From NCBI RefSeq assembly GCF_006345805.1, contig NC_042997.1, positions 93,806,001 through 93,870,000 on the forward strand: a stretch of DNA of 64,000 nucleotides, read 5' to 3'. Origin of the DNA: Octopus sinensis. Taxonomy: Eukaryota. This document shows positions 37,781 to 50,737 of this stretch, one piece after another; the first letter of the stretch is position 1, and each line of letters opens with the position of its first letter. The position numbers were made by a program, and so were the translations under genes. A model generated the notes under the pieces. It had not been told where the DNA came from, searched no databases, and saw nothing but the letters and a program-made list of their open reading frames with translations.

Positions 37781-39935
37781 TTTCACTTAAAGTTTTTGAA
37801 GTTAAGGATAGATATATCGAGCTTTACATTTATGGGAGGTCTTCTGTTTATCGTTAGAAGTGTTATCGTTAATGTTGGAATTAGATTAATGATTAGTGTC
37901 AGGATTAGGTTTAACCATGGGATAGGATAATTTTATCGTTTATGCTTAATGCAATGGTTTTGTGACTTTTGATTCCGAGATGACCTAGTAGTTAGCGTAT
38001 GGAGTACAAGTAGATTTTGTCCGAGCACAACTTCATGCCTGAACATATTTTTGAGCCCAGGTCACTCCTCTTTCCCTTCTGTTATAAACATCAGGGCTGA
38101 TGATTTGGTGTAGCATTTAGTGTGAGGTTTACATTTAGTGTTTGTGTTAGACGTAGCATAAATGTTACTATTGAATTAGAGCTAGCACTAAGTTCAAGAG
38201 TACATCGATTTTAGTTTAAGCGTTTGTGTTAGTGATAGCATTCGAGTTAGACATAATTTGAGAATTAGGGTTCACTCTAGAGTATGGATAGTTTTAGCGT
38301 TAGCATCAGATATATGTTTGTTTAACATTAGATTTGGGTCATATTTTTAGAGTAAGGTTAGGTTTAAGAATTACGTTAGCATTTGGTTTATGCTTAGTGT
38401 TACGGTTAAAGTTTAAGTTTAAAGTTAGTATTAGGTTTAGGTTTAAGATTAGCTTTCGTGTTTGGATTTACGTTAGATTTATAGCCATAGTCTGTGTTAG
38501 GATTAGATGGATTAGATGTGGTAATTATTGTTATTGTTGCTCTGGGGATTAGTGCTTTGGATTTGGGGTAACTTTATGGTTAGATTTATTCTTAAGTTTA
38601 GGGTAGACTGTTAGCATTAATGTTAGCTGTATTGTTAGTACTAAGTTTAGTTTTATCTTAAGGATAAGGTTCATATTTATAGTATTGTTGCCTTAGTCTA
38701 ATGCTTAAAGCAAAGGCTGGGATTAGAGTTATTAAGGTTATGTTTATATTTAAGTCCGGGATTATGTCAGGTTCTGTTCTTGTGTAATATTTAAGATTAG
38801 AATTAGGAATTTAGGGTGAGAGTTAATATGAGTGCTATTGGCTGGTTATGCGTTAAGGAAGTATTAAGGTCATTAGGATTAGGTTTATGTTCAAGATTAG
38901 GGTTAGGTTAAAATTTTATGGTTAGTTTTAGGTTCAAGTATAGTTTTATGGTTAGGGTTAGGTTTAAGGTTAGCTTTGCTTTAACATTTACATTAGTTGC
39001 AAAGTCAAAGCTTGTGTTAGGGTCAGATGTGATGATTATTGTTATTGTTATTTTGAGCATTAGTGTGTTTGGTTAGGGTTAGCTTTATAGTTAGACCTAT
39101 TGTTAGGTTAAAGATAACGTTATTTTTAGGGTTAGTCTGATGCTTTATGCTAGCGCTACTTTTAGCGCTTAAGTTTCACTTACGTTTAGCTGCATTCTTA
39201 ATATTAAGTTTAGTTTAATCTTCAAGGTTAGATTTATGTTTATGGTACATTTTAATATTAATCTTATGTTTAAGACCAATGCTGGATTAAAGCTATTCTT
39301 ACGGTTACGTCCAGATTTTAAGTTTTAGAGACGAGTTACATTGTGTGCGTGTAATTGTTTGAGTAAGAATTATGGTTCTACAATTCTTTTATTTGCTGAG
39401 TCTAGAAAGGGTGGAGACTATGACTCTTGAAGCTCTTTCAGACTGGTGAGATTAATACCGTTAATTTCCCTTTAAACTATTGCTGGTGAAACTACCGCAG
39501 GAAAAACATGAAGAAAGCTAAGCAGAGTAAGAGTTGATATTCGTGATAAGTTATGCCTTAGGTTGGTGTTAAGTTGACATTACAATTGAATCTATGTTTA
39601 GATTTAAGATCAGGGTAATTTTTAAGGTTAGTTTTTGTGATAGGTTAGCCTTGGATTTATAATTAATGTTACGTTTAGGTTTTTTTTTCGGTTAGCGTTA
39701 ATTCTAGTATTAGGTGTAGATTTACTTTTAGGGTCGTTGTTTGTATTAAAGTTAGATCAGACTTAGTTTAGTATAGAATTGTTAGTATAGAATTATGCTG
39801 AAGTTTAGTTTTCGGTTTAGTGTTTTAGGGTTGGATTATTGTTAAGTTTAGAGTTAGGATTAAATATATTACGTGTAAAATAATATTTAACACGCTCGAG
39901 TACACTCAGGCGTGTAAAGGCCTTTCGCTGGGGAA

Positions 39936-40305
39936 ACAGTCAAAATATTCGCGTGTTGCGAACGTGTTAAATATGACTTTACACGAAGAATATTTATTCA
40001 ACGTTGCTTCGTGCGACTTAATTAGCTGTAGCTTGACCAAGATTTACGTACATCAGCCATTGTAAAAGAACGAATAATTCTTTTCAGGTTGTGAAATGCA
40101 GATTTGGCATTCGTAGCTGATGACATGAAACATCGCAGAAACGCATGTGTTCTACGATGTATTGGTGTCGTTCTTTTACAATGGCTGATGTACGTAAATC
40201 TTGGTCAAGCTACAGCTAATTAAGTCGCACGAAGCAACGTTGAATAAATATTCTTCGTGTAAAGTCATATTTAACACGTTCGCAACACGCGAATATTTTG
40301 ACTGT
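39936..40305. repeat. Perfect 138-bp inverted repeat (39936-40073 / 40168-40305), 94-nt spacer
   Basis: acagtcaaaatattcgcg...tgtaaaagaacga and its exact reverse complement. Confidence 0.9.
40111..40157 (+). ncRNA. Hammerhead-like motif (weak stem II); degenerate copies at 40564-40604 and ~40844-40890
   Basis: tcgtag-CTGATGA-catgaaacatcgca-GAAAC-gcatgt-GTT/ctacga. Perfect 6-bp stem I and GUU site. Confidence 0.5.
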
Positions 40306-41069
40306 GCTTTCGATTGTGCTTTCGTTTAAGACGAATGATTTCTCTCGGGACTATTTCCGAAGCGAAAGCACTTCACACGTTCGAATGTACTAGGACGTTT
40401 CACATATAAATATACACAACTATATTTTTTTCAATTCTGTTTTGTGCAAATTGTAATTAATTCTTGCTTGACCAAACTTTATTATTATAAGTGAAAATAC
40501 CGTTTGGTGTTCTAATATAAGAACGAATCATTCCTTTCGGGCGGTGAGATTCATATGTAGTAGTCGTAGCTGATGGTACACAGCAACGCAGAAACGCTCT
40601 ACGATCCAATCAGAGTATTGTCTCGCAAGACTATTTCCACAGCGCAAGTTTTCCCTACGTCTGCTTGTATTCAAACGAGTTAAATCTTACAGTACACTCA
40701 CATTTTATTCAAAGCAGCCTCGTGAAACTTTAGTTAATAAATTCTAGCTTGATCAAGATTTATGCACATCAACGTCCGACTTGTTTGGTGTTCTAATATA
40801 AAAACGAATCATTCTTTCGGGCTCTGAAACGCTGATTTGGTATTTGGTGCTGATGACGCAACAAAGACACAGAAACAATGCGTCATACGGAGCAATGATG
40901 TCATTCACGGTTCAATGTGTTTTTATGCACATCGTTTACGAAGAATATTTTTTCTCACAAGACTATTCCCCAAGTGAAAGGACTTTACATGTCCGAGTGT
41001 ACTCAAAAGTGTTAAATATTTCAACAAACTTCACAGGAATGTATAATATATTCAATGCTGTTTTATGCG

Positions 41070-41510
41070 ACTTTTGTTAATGGTTAGAATAAAATTTAGC
41101 TTTAGTGTTAAGTGAGACTGAAGGCTTGTTTTAACGTTAATATTCCAATTATACAAAAGTTTATCGTTAACTACCAAGTGAATAAGTTTAATTATATAGT
41201 TTGCGTTATGTTTAGGGCTATTTGGAATGTTTGCATTACGTTTATTGTTAGCGTTAGGTCTATGGTTTATGATAGACTTATGCTTATGGTTAATGTCAGG
41301 GTTAGATTTATCTTCAGTGCCAGCGTTTTCTTCTATGGAGATTAAGTTTGGTGTTAGAGTACCTGTTAGGTTTCGGGTTAGGTTTAAGGTTAGATTTTGT
41401 TTTAGGCTTAGTTATAGGGTTAGGAGATAATACTCAGTATCACGGTTTGAATCATTATTGAGGAACATGGGATAGAGTTAGAGTTAGGGTTATTATTAAG
41501 TTTAAAATTG
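41070..41510 (+). repeat. Continuation of the degenerate TTAGGG-like tract (short similar patch at ~32925-33030)
   Basis: gttaggtttcgggttaggtttaaggttagattttgttttaggcttagttatagggttagg. Confidence 0.65.
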
Positions 41511-41695
41511 GCATCCTAATGAATGTAAATTTTGGGATTAAAATAAAGCTGAGTGTGATTGTTTGCGCGTTCGTTACGTACGTTAGGCCTCAGAGAATTA
41601 AACACATACACACATCTATACATACATATACATACGTGTGTGAGTGTATGTGAGAGTGAATGAATGTGTGTGTGAGTATACATACATTTTTGTGA

Positions 41696-41733
<38 letters not shown>

Positions 41734-41816
41734 ACACACAATCTAAAGAAAGAGACACACACAGAGAGGGAGACAGGCCGTTATACAGAGAGAGATACAA
41801 TTAAAGTGTTAGATAT

Positions 41817-41850
<34 letters not shown>

Positions 41851-42291
41851 TGTGTGTTACCAAGAGGTGTGCGTAAATATATGTCTGTGTGTGTGTACGT
41901 GAGTGTATGTGTGATAAGTTTTATTTTCATTTGGAGTAAAACAATATAACACTTTATGAGAAAATATATCTTCATATTTTTTGTTTACTGATCTGAATAA
42001 GAACAGCAGTAACCCGGGCAACGTCGGGTCATTCAGCTAGTCGTATATATTTATTACAAAAAATCCTAACCACGATAGAACACTCAATTGCATTCTGTTA
42101 TAGAAATTTAGTCAACCTTATACCATGCAGTCGTAACCAAGGAAAGTATCTTGGATTTAAATAGTGAATTAATCTCTTGTACGAAGCAATATATATGCGT
42201 AAGTGTAGAAATGGGATATATTTCACAAAATTTTCGAATGAAATATCTTGGAACTTCGAACAATGAAAAGCAATGAAAAACAATACTTTAC

Positions 42292-42322
42292 CTGCGTTGA
42301 GCATGTGAAACATTACAAGAAT
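42292..42322 (-). CDS. Candidate small exon (alternative acceptor at 42377)
   Basis: Donor CAG|gtaaag. Acceptor gaatgccag| gives ILVMFHMLNA(G), phase 0-1, which would link the 49888 and 28701 exons in frame. Confidence 0.4.
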
Positions 42323-42964
42323 CTGGCATTCAATGATGAAGTTTAAGGTCAAAATATGGAAGAGCAATTCTTCACAACTTGATTAATGTAAATTTTTATG
42401 AAAAAAACCTGACCATTAAATACCAAAGATAAGGGCTCGCTCGCTGTTATACTCTACTGAAGATGTAAGTTCGAAGATCACCATCTATGAAAATTGGTAC
42501 AGGTGATGTGGTTGAAATGATAAAAATCTGTTGGGGAAGACTTTCTTTTCGCTATCTTTTCTAACTTTGTAAATATCATAGTCGAAAAAACAACCCCAAA
42601 GGGTTAGAATTTATCTTATATCGTTAATTGGGAACTGAGTCAAATTGTCTAATTGAAGACTCGCATTGTTTTAGTTTTTAAAATGAAGCCACCCCGCTGG
42701 CCAGGCGGACAGGCTATTCATTACTTCTTCAGTGTAGCTAGCTTCCAATCTCTGGCGAAAAGACAACGTACTCGTTTTAGTGATAGAGTCCTTCCGTAGG
42801 GTCAGTAGTCCGGCACTTTTGTAGCTTGGTTGGACCTGTCAGAGCATACGCCCCGCTGCCATATCTACCGAACAACCATTGCCACTGTTGCACCACTATG
42901 AGGTACTGAAGTGGTAGACTTAAAATAAACCACATGAAAACAAAATATATGCAGTTGGAAGACT

Positions 42965-43545
42965 TAGAACAAGGCCGAATAGCGGTGGGAAACGATGAAA
43001 TCGAGGAGGTAAAGAATAAAGGAGTACGTCTGCTTAGGGCACACTGAACATGCGCCGAGATATGGATGCTGAAATCTCAAAGAGAATAAGGGCAGGATGG
43101 AAGGCATAAAGCTAGACAATGCCCTACATGCCAGATTCTTCAATAGCACCGTTCTCCCTGAGATTTTATACGCAAGTGAAGCTTGGGGTACTACGAAGAG
43201 GATGGAACGTCGATTGGCTACGATGCAAAAGACCAAGGAAAGATCCATGCTAGAAGCATCGTTAAGAGAGCATATTCGAAATGAAGTAATTCATAAACGG
43301 AGTGAAGTGAACAATGTGATCTCAGAGTACCGAAATCATAAATTCCGTTCGGCCGAACATGTCCAAAGGTTTGCAGACAACAATTGAACCCATGTAGTCG
43401 CCGAGTGTATCCATAAGATCGGAAAAGGCCTCTTGGAATGTCTCCACGACGATGAGACGACGATTTAGTCCAGCAATTTGGGTCAAGATGGAAAAGAATG
43501 GCACACTCAAGACATTGTGACCAGCGCCGTATAACAGCATCTGAT
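42965..43545 (+). mobile_element. RTE-clade LINE C-terminal fragment
   Basis: FNSTVLPEILYASEAWGTTK...MERRL...ERSML...HIRNEVI...KFRSAEHVQR resembles the RTE post-RT motifs (LYxxExW, KxRWAGHVxR). Confidence 0.7.
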
Positions 43546-44075
43546 GGTCTGGTAGATGTTGTGATACTGTGAATTGTTGAAACAAGTACAAAATATTTTG
43601 GTATTACTAGAACTACTACTTAAGTTAAAGGAGGTCTACTAAATACATCATAGGACTAAGGAATAAACAAACATTCTTATGAGGATTTCAATGATCATGT
43701 CACTGAAGATACTTATTCATCGTTATTTTTTAGAGTCCTGACCACCTGTTTCAGTAGTTCTGTGACTGACAATTATTAATTAAATGGAGCATTTAATCAG
43801 CATATCTAGTTGTGACAAACACATCTCTGTTGTGGACAGATATAGTAGGACCTAAAACATATTGTTCTTATTTTTTATCTTCTATTAATGTTAGTCATTG
43901 GATTGCAGCCATGCTGGGGCACTGTATTGAAGGGTTTTAGCCAAACGAATCGACCATAGTAATTATTTTGTAACTTTTATCGAATCGTTAAGTTACAGCG
44001 ACGTAAACAAACCAACATCGGCGTTCAAGAGGCGGGAGGAAGGGTACAAAAATAAACGCTGGAGCTCGCACACAC

Positions 44076-44124
<49 letters not shown>

Positions 44125-44189
44125 ACACACACACACACACACACAACTACACAGGAAGTTCGGACTATATTTGACGATTTTTTTACATC

Positions 44190-44824
44190 CCCTTTTATCA
44201 GGCATTGGAAAGCATGAAAATTAAAGTTGTAGTAGAGAAAAAATTAGCAGACATGGAGGACTACAAGCCATCTGAATATTCGAAATGATTCGCGCCAGGT
44301 ATCGAAAGTCCGGTATCATGACTACTATTCAAAGCTCTGAATACTCTAAAGACTGTATGACGTGACATAGTCATCTTGAAAGTCAAGTTCCCCCAAACTG
44401 TAATGGTCTTTGTGCGTGTCTCCAGTGAGGGTGACATTTTATCGCCCCACACCTTTGCTCGGGGATTTAGGCTCAATTCAGACGGTTATGTGAAGCTGCT
44501 GGAGGCTGTTGCTAAACCCTGATTGGAGAGAATTGTTGCTGGAAGATCATATGTGTGGCAACAGGATTCGGCACTTTGCTATGACTCCAGATTGAGTCAG
44601 AAGTAGTCGGAGAATTTCTACTTCACTAGCCCCAATTTTTGGCTTCTAAATTCCCTTGAATGTAATCCTTAAGACTACTATGAGTGGGGTGCGGTTGAGA
44701 AAGACATCAACCGCTCTGCTTGCATCACCAAGACCGAGCTGGTAGCCAAGATCAAGGAGGTGTTGGAAGATCCTCCCAGACACACAGTGAAGAACGCATG
44801 CGCCAGGTTCTGGAGATGTCTTGA

Positions 44825-44830
<6 letters not shown>
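44190..44830 (+). mobile_element. Tc1/mariner-superfamily (maT-like) transposase remnant
   Basis: YVWQQDSA...SPNFW..NS.ECNP.DYY.WGAVEKD...TKTELVAKIKEVLEDPPRHTVKNACARF. Confidence 0.75.
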
Positions 44831-44885
<55 letters not shown>

Positions 44886-47800
44886 AAATACAAAATGGGA
44901 CAAGAACGCAAAACATCCGGACAACTAGGTGATACAAAAAGGGAAACAAAACATCCAGATAGACGATACAAAGAAAACAAGGACGGGTCATTCGAATTTT
45001 CCTTTCCTCAGTCAAGCACCAGATTATCCTCGCAATTTCGGCTGAATATATATATAAGACGGGCTTCCATTCAGTTTCCAGGACACATATTAATTACAAT
45101 AAATGTAAATAATGATCCGTTCTATTGCTGTCAGTGCTTAGTACAGTAACTTGTTATGCTACTTCTTATATCACGACTGATTGGGCCATTTGAGTGTTAA
45201 GTCTCTTTGCCAAGGACATGGCGTCGTGATAGAGACAATATTGTTGGTTGCAGTGACATAGTGTGTGTGAGAGAGAGAGAGAGACCGTGATTTTACCGCC
45301 CTCCCCTGCCCCTATACGGGCTTACACAGCAGACCCAAAAGTGCCGCCTGGGACGGACCACCTGCTCCATCCTCCCAGCTACGTTACTGGCTGGTTGGTT
45401 GTCTAATATACTATGACATAAGATAACCAGCCATTTGCGTAGCTCTGGTGGGAGAAAGTTTAGGGAAATAGAGGTCTCCAGACTTATTTTTGGACAGGCG
45501 CTTCCCAACCACATGGCTCTGGGTTCGGTCCCACTGTATGGCACCTTGGACAAGTGTCTTCTCCCAAACTTTCGGGTCGATCAAAGCTTTGTGGGTGGAT
45601 TTGGTAGACGGAAACTGAAATGTCCGTTATAATCTTTGTCTCTACGTTTGTCCCTCTCCAACGCTTGACAACGGGTATTGGTGTGTTTGCGTCCAAGTAT
45701 CTTAGCGGTTCGACAAAAGAGACCGATAGAGTAAGTGCCAGACTTAAAAAAGTACTGCGGTCAATATGTTCGACTAGAATACTTCAAGGTGGTGCCGTAA
45801 AAACGGACGAAATAACGAGGTAGCTATATTAACAGTTTACTTATTTACATATAATTCGTCGCCCTTTTCAAGCCTAGCCAGGTTCATGGGCCCGGTTTCC
45901 CGGTTTCTGTGGTGTATGTATCCCCCCCCCCCAGCTGGACGGGACGCCAGTCCATCGCAGCGTTACTCAAGAAACAGGGAGAGAGAGTGGAGTACGACAG
46001 GGGTCGACCCCCCCCTGCTGAAGTCTCGTGGAGCTTTTACGTGTTTTCGCTCAATAAACACACACAACGCCCGGTCTGGGAATCAGAACTGTTATCCTCC
46101 GGCCGCGAGTCCGCTGCCCTAACCACTGGACCATTGCGCCTCCACATTCACATATTATATATACATAATTTATACACGCACACTCATCAAAGCGGGATTC
46201 GAACTCAGAACATTAGAAGCTGAAACTAAATAATGAATGGCGCTTTCTCCGATAATCCATCACTTTTACTATGTACTTTAATAACAATTTAAAATTTGGT
46301 TACAAAGACTGCAATTTTAGGAGGGAGTAAATAGGTTATATCTATATCGATCCCAGGTGCTCAGGTAGTATATATTTTATCGACTGCGGGAGGATGAAAG
46401 GCAAAGTCAATCTCGGCGTCATTGGCAGAAAAAATGCCGTTAAGCATTTTGTCCGGGGTACTACCGATTCTGCCACCTCGCTGTCTTATACATTTTATAA
46501 GCAATAAAAGTGGTTTTATAGGATAGGTTCGAGATCATAAATTTGAGAGGAAGCGTGTTGTCTGATACTTGACTGGTCCTCTACCGTTTCAACCAATCAC
46601 TATTCTAAGTAATTAATTCTTACACTGGCAAAGACCCCTAAGTTTATGGGTTGACTATATTTGCCTTACTTAAAACCAGTATATGACTGGGATTTCAGAG
46701 CAGTGACGTAGTTAGAGTGTGTCTTGCCGTGGACAGCCCTTGAATTTTCCGTCCTCGGGCGCCTAAACCTATACATGCTTATATAGCACACCTAAAAGTG
46801 CTGCTCCAATAAAAGCGTCGCCTGGGGCGAACCGCCTGACCACCCCTAGCTACACTACTGCTACGGACTGTATTTGCTAACGTAAGAATTTATTGCTTAG
46901 TGGTTGAAACGGTAGAAGACCAGTAAAATATCAGAATTAATTAAATTTATGATCTCGAGCGCGAGCCTATCCCATAAAAACAATTTTACTACTATTAAAG
47001 TACATAGTAAGTCGGCGAGCCGCAAAATCGTTCGCACACCGGACAAAAGCTTAGCAGCATTTTTTCCGGGTCTTTACGGTCTGAGTTCAAATGCCAAAAT
47101 GTGAAGTCGACTTCATCAAGATTTGAATTTAGAACAGTAGGGTCATAATTCAAATACGCAAAACATTTTGTTCTACATTTAATGATTCTCCCACAATCGT
47201 AATGATATATTCATGATACGTCAGTAAATACTGAAAGCGTGGGACTCTGGTTTTGGGTGCTAGGCTCACGGCAGTTAGGTCACGTGTTCGATTCTCGGAC
47301 TGAGCAGTGCGCTTTGTCCTTGAGCAAGGCACTCTATTTCACACTGTTCCTGTACATTCAACACTCTACGATGAACTGGCGTCTTGTTAAGAGGAAAGTT
47401 TTGTACTCTCAGTTTAAAGGCTTGTAGAACCGGATAAACTATCTCACGTGTTCGATTCTCGGACTGAGCAGTGCGCTTTGTCCTTGAGCAAGGCACTCTA
47501 TTTCACACTGTTCCTGTACATTCAACACTCTACGATGAACTGGCGTCTTGTTAAGAGGAAAGTTTTGTACTCTCAGTTTAAAGGCCTTGTAGAACCGGAT
47601 AAACTATCTCATGAGCCGTGAAGGCTCGAGGCAGAGACGTCAGGGAATAATTTCTGATTGAGCGAAAGATGTCAGAAATGGAGGAGTGACGAACTATTCA
47701 GTTGTGTCTCTTAACTTTATCATTTTTGCAAATTCCCACATAGGACTTAAATACCTATTTCTTTACTACCCACAAGGGGCTCAACACAGAGGGGACAAAC

Positions 47801-49887
47801 AAGGACAAACAAACGGATTAAGTCGATTACATCGACTCCAGTGCGTAACTGGTACTTATTTAATCGACCCCGAAAGGATGAAAGGCAAAGTCGACCTCGG
47901 CAGAATTTGAACTCAGAACGTAACGGTAGACGAAATACCGCTGAGCATTTCGCCCGGCATGCTATCATCTCTGCCAGCTCGTCGCCTTATAGGACTTAAA
48001 TACCAGTCAAGTACCGGAATCGATTCAACCGACTAGTGTCCACTCCTCTACAAATCTGTCTGCTGAATGAGGTGCCAACAAGAAATTAAATGAATGCATT
48101 CAATTTAAACTGATATAAGACATTACAAGAAACAAATTTGAGAAAGAAAAGAATAACCGGGCATCTGACTGAATTCGAACCAAATGCGACGGCGTTATTG
48201 GTTACACTACAGAGCTCCAGTAAACCTCCTTTGCAATGTTATTTGGCGGTTTGCAATTTTAGCTATGCCGGCGAGTCATGTCCCCAACACAGTTTAGATT
48301 CGCAGTCATATGCATCTTTTCTTTTCTTCATTTACATTGCTAATACACATAAGAAACTTTTAAATGATACCCAAATCCTATCTCCATTCTGCATGTCACA
48401 GCCTTCTTCATCTTTTATGATATTTAAATCTTTGTGTAGAAATTTCTTATTCGACAACGTCAAAATTTTCTTTCAAGACTTTTTAGACGGGAAATATTCC
48501 ATTACGATGTAATCTTATCGGCGTTGTTTTTAAAACTGAAGTTTTCTCTTAAACAGAATCTTTTGGATAACTTCTTAATTATGACGTAATAATAAATAGT
48601 CACATTTTCGTAACAAAAGCATCAAACTTATTTATTTTTATTTCACTTTTTCAATATTTCATAATATATTACTAACCAATGAAAAATGTGGACGCATACT
48701 AACAATATTCTTAAAAATTAAACCTAGAAAAGTAGAGAACAAGAAAAAACTCATTAAAATTAGAGCTTAAGATAATGCTGCTAAAATTAAAATTAAAAAG
48801 TACCTCTTGGGTACTTACGGATGCACAAATGCACAAAACGGAGAGATAGAAAAAAATATGGACGACTTGTTCCAAAACACCCCCGAGTGGGGAACAGTTC
48901 TCAAAAATAACCCCAAATTGTTTCCCCTCCAAATTTCTATGTCCTCGGTATCTACATAGTCCTACATAGAGGATTTCGTTAAAAAAATACCCACTTTCTT
49001 GAAAGTTATGACGAATTGAAGTGGACTCCGGTGAATTTTCCGAAATCCCCCCCTCCCCAAACACCCCCTCTCCGAACACCCCCACCCACATTTTGTATAT
49101 TCGGAATCTACATGATGTAACGCATATTTGTAGATAATTTCATTAAAAAATACCATTTTTCTGAAAGTTATGATCATCCTAATTCGGAGGAGGCAGAAAT
49201 CTGTAGTTATGCCTGAGTAGTGTCCCTTTAGTATCATTCAAAACTTGATAAAAATTTGAGAATTAAAATTAAATATCTTTTTTTATAATGGATAAAATTT
49301 TACGAAACCTTTACCAATATATTCCTTTAACGTTTCTCTTTCATATTAATATCAATATAATAATTCTTAATCAAAATTAAAAGAATGGTGTGGATTCAAA
49401 GTGTCGATGTCGGGCGTTACTACCCGTCAGTCGACCAGTTTGGTCTATACATCTTTTCTCTTAACTTTTGTTCTACTGCACCAGATTTTAAGTATTTTAT
49501 GTCTAAATGTAGCTTATCACTAGTCAAACATAATTCAACAAGCTAAATTTGATTTCGATTAAAACTGAATTAGTGAGACTGCTTGGAAGACGCCGACTGC
49601 AACAAAAAAGCTCCGTTAAGAATATCATTCAACTACGGTAGTAGTTGAATGATTATTGTAATTAAAATTATGAAATGCCTTGCCTTATTAAATCCAATTA
49701 ACCATTGTGCTATTTCACCGACCAGTATGGTATTTATACGTGGAAGATGAAATCTACAATCACAAAACTCACTTTAGACTAGTAATTCTTAACCCTTTTA
49801 CTACCACGCCTTCCCTAGGGATTTGTCCTTTCCTTCACTATGCGTCTATGAATAAAATTTTCTCCCCAAAACAAGAGAATCTCTTAC

Positions 49888-50069
49888 TTTGTTGAGAATT
49901 TGATCTTTGATGTCTTGATATAATAAATCGTCGATCCTTCCCTTGACTGTTTGCACTATCTTTCCCCTGAACGAGTTATGCTCTGGTGTTTGCTGAATTT
50001 CTTCTTTTTCTTTGTGGTTAGATCGTAGGTGATCTTCTAACATATTGGATGTCCATTTAGTGGTCATCC
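49888..50069 (-). CDS. Candidate exon (first coding exon from ATG 50067, or internal phase 1-0)
   Basis: Donor AAA|gtaaga. Reads MTTKWTSNMLEDHLRSNHKEKEEIQQTPEHNSFRGKIVQTVKGRIDDLLYQDIKDQILNK. Non-repetitive sequence. Confidence 0.5.
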
Positions 50070-50452
50070 CTTATTATACGAATATATATATCGGAAATAC
50101 GGAGACCCCCTTCGGTCACGACACAGACCATGGGATTGCACCTAGAAAGTTACCCTCCTAGACACAAGTCCGGGCGAGGTTGTTTATGGAAGACCAGCAG
50201 TCGCCCATGCATACCAGCCTCCCCTCTCCACGCCACCAGTGTTATCCAAGGGAAAGACAAAGGTCGATACAGCTTGGCACCAGTGACGTCGCAACTCATT
50301 TCTACACCTGAGTGAACTGGAGCAACGTGAAATAAAGTGCCTTGCTCAAGAACACAACACGTAGCCCGGTCCAGGATTCGAGCTCACAACCTCACGATCG
50401 TCGCAAGCTTGACGCTCTAACCACTGAGCCATATATATATATAATATATATT

Positions 50453-50553
<101 letters not shown>

Positions 50554-50737
50554 TATATATAATATATCTATATCTATATATATATATAATATATAATATA
50601 TATATATATATATATATACTTGCGGCGTGTTTCCATACAATTTTCCACGACCAAATTCATTCTCAAGGCATTAGTCGAGCCAATTTAAGGCACAATGGGA
50701 TTATAGGACTGAATCTTAAACCGCGTAGTCTGCTTGC

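Larger units (their letters stand above)
34190..39870 (+). repeat. Degenerate telomere-like (TTAGGG-derived) G/T-rich tract with embedded islands
   Basis: Hexamer-phased variants ttaggg/ttaggt/ttagtg/ttagag/ttaagt, all G/T-rich on +. Reverse-strand ORFs read NPNTNH/LNLSL repeats. Confidence 0.7.

Noticed and set aside
48180-48512. Minus-strand IVMEYFPSKKS*KKIL...LHKDL, vaguely kinase-like
   Set aside because: Several stops; no HRD/DFG/APE at proper spacing; needs a profile search to be credible.
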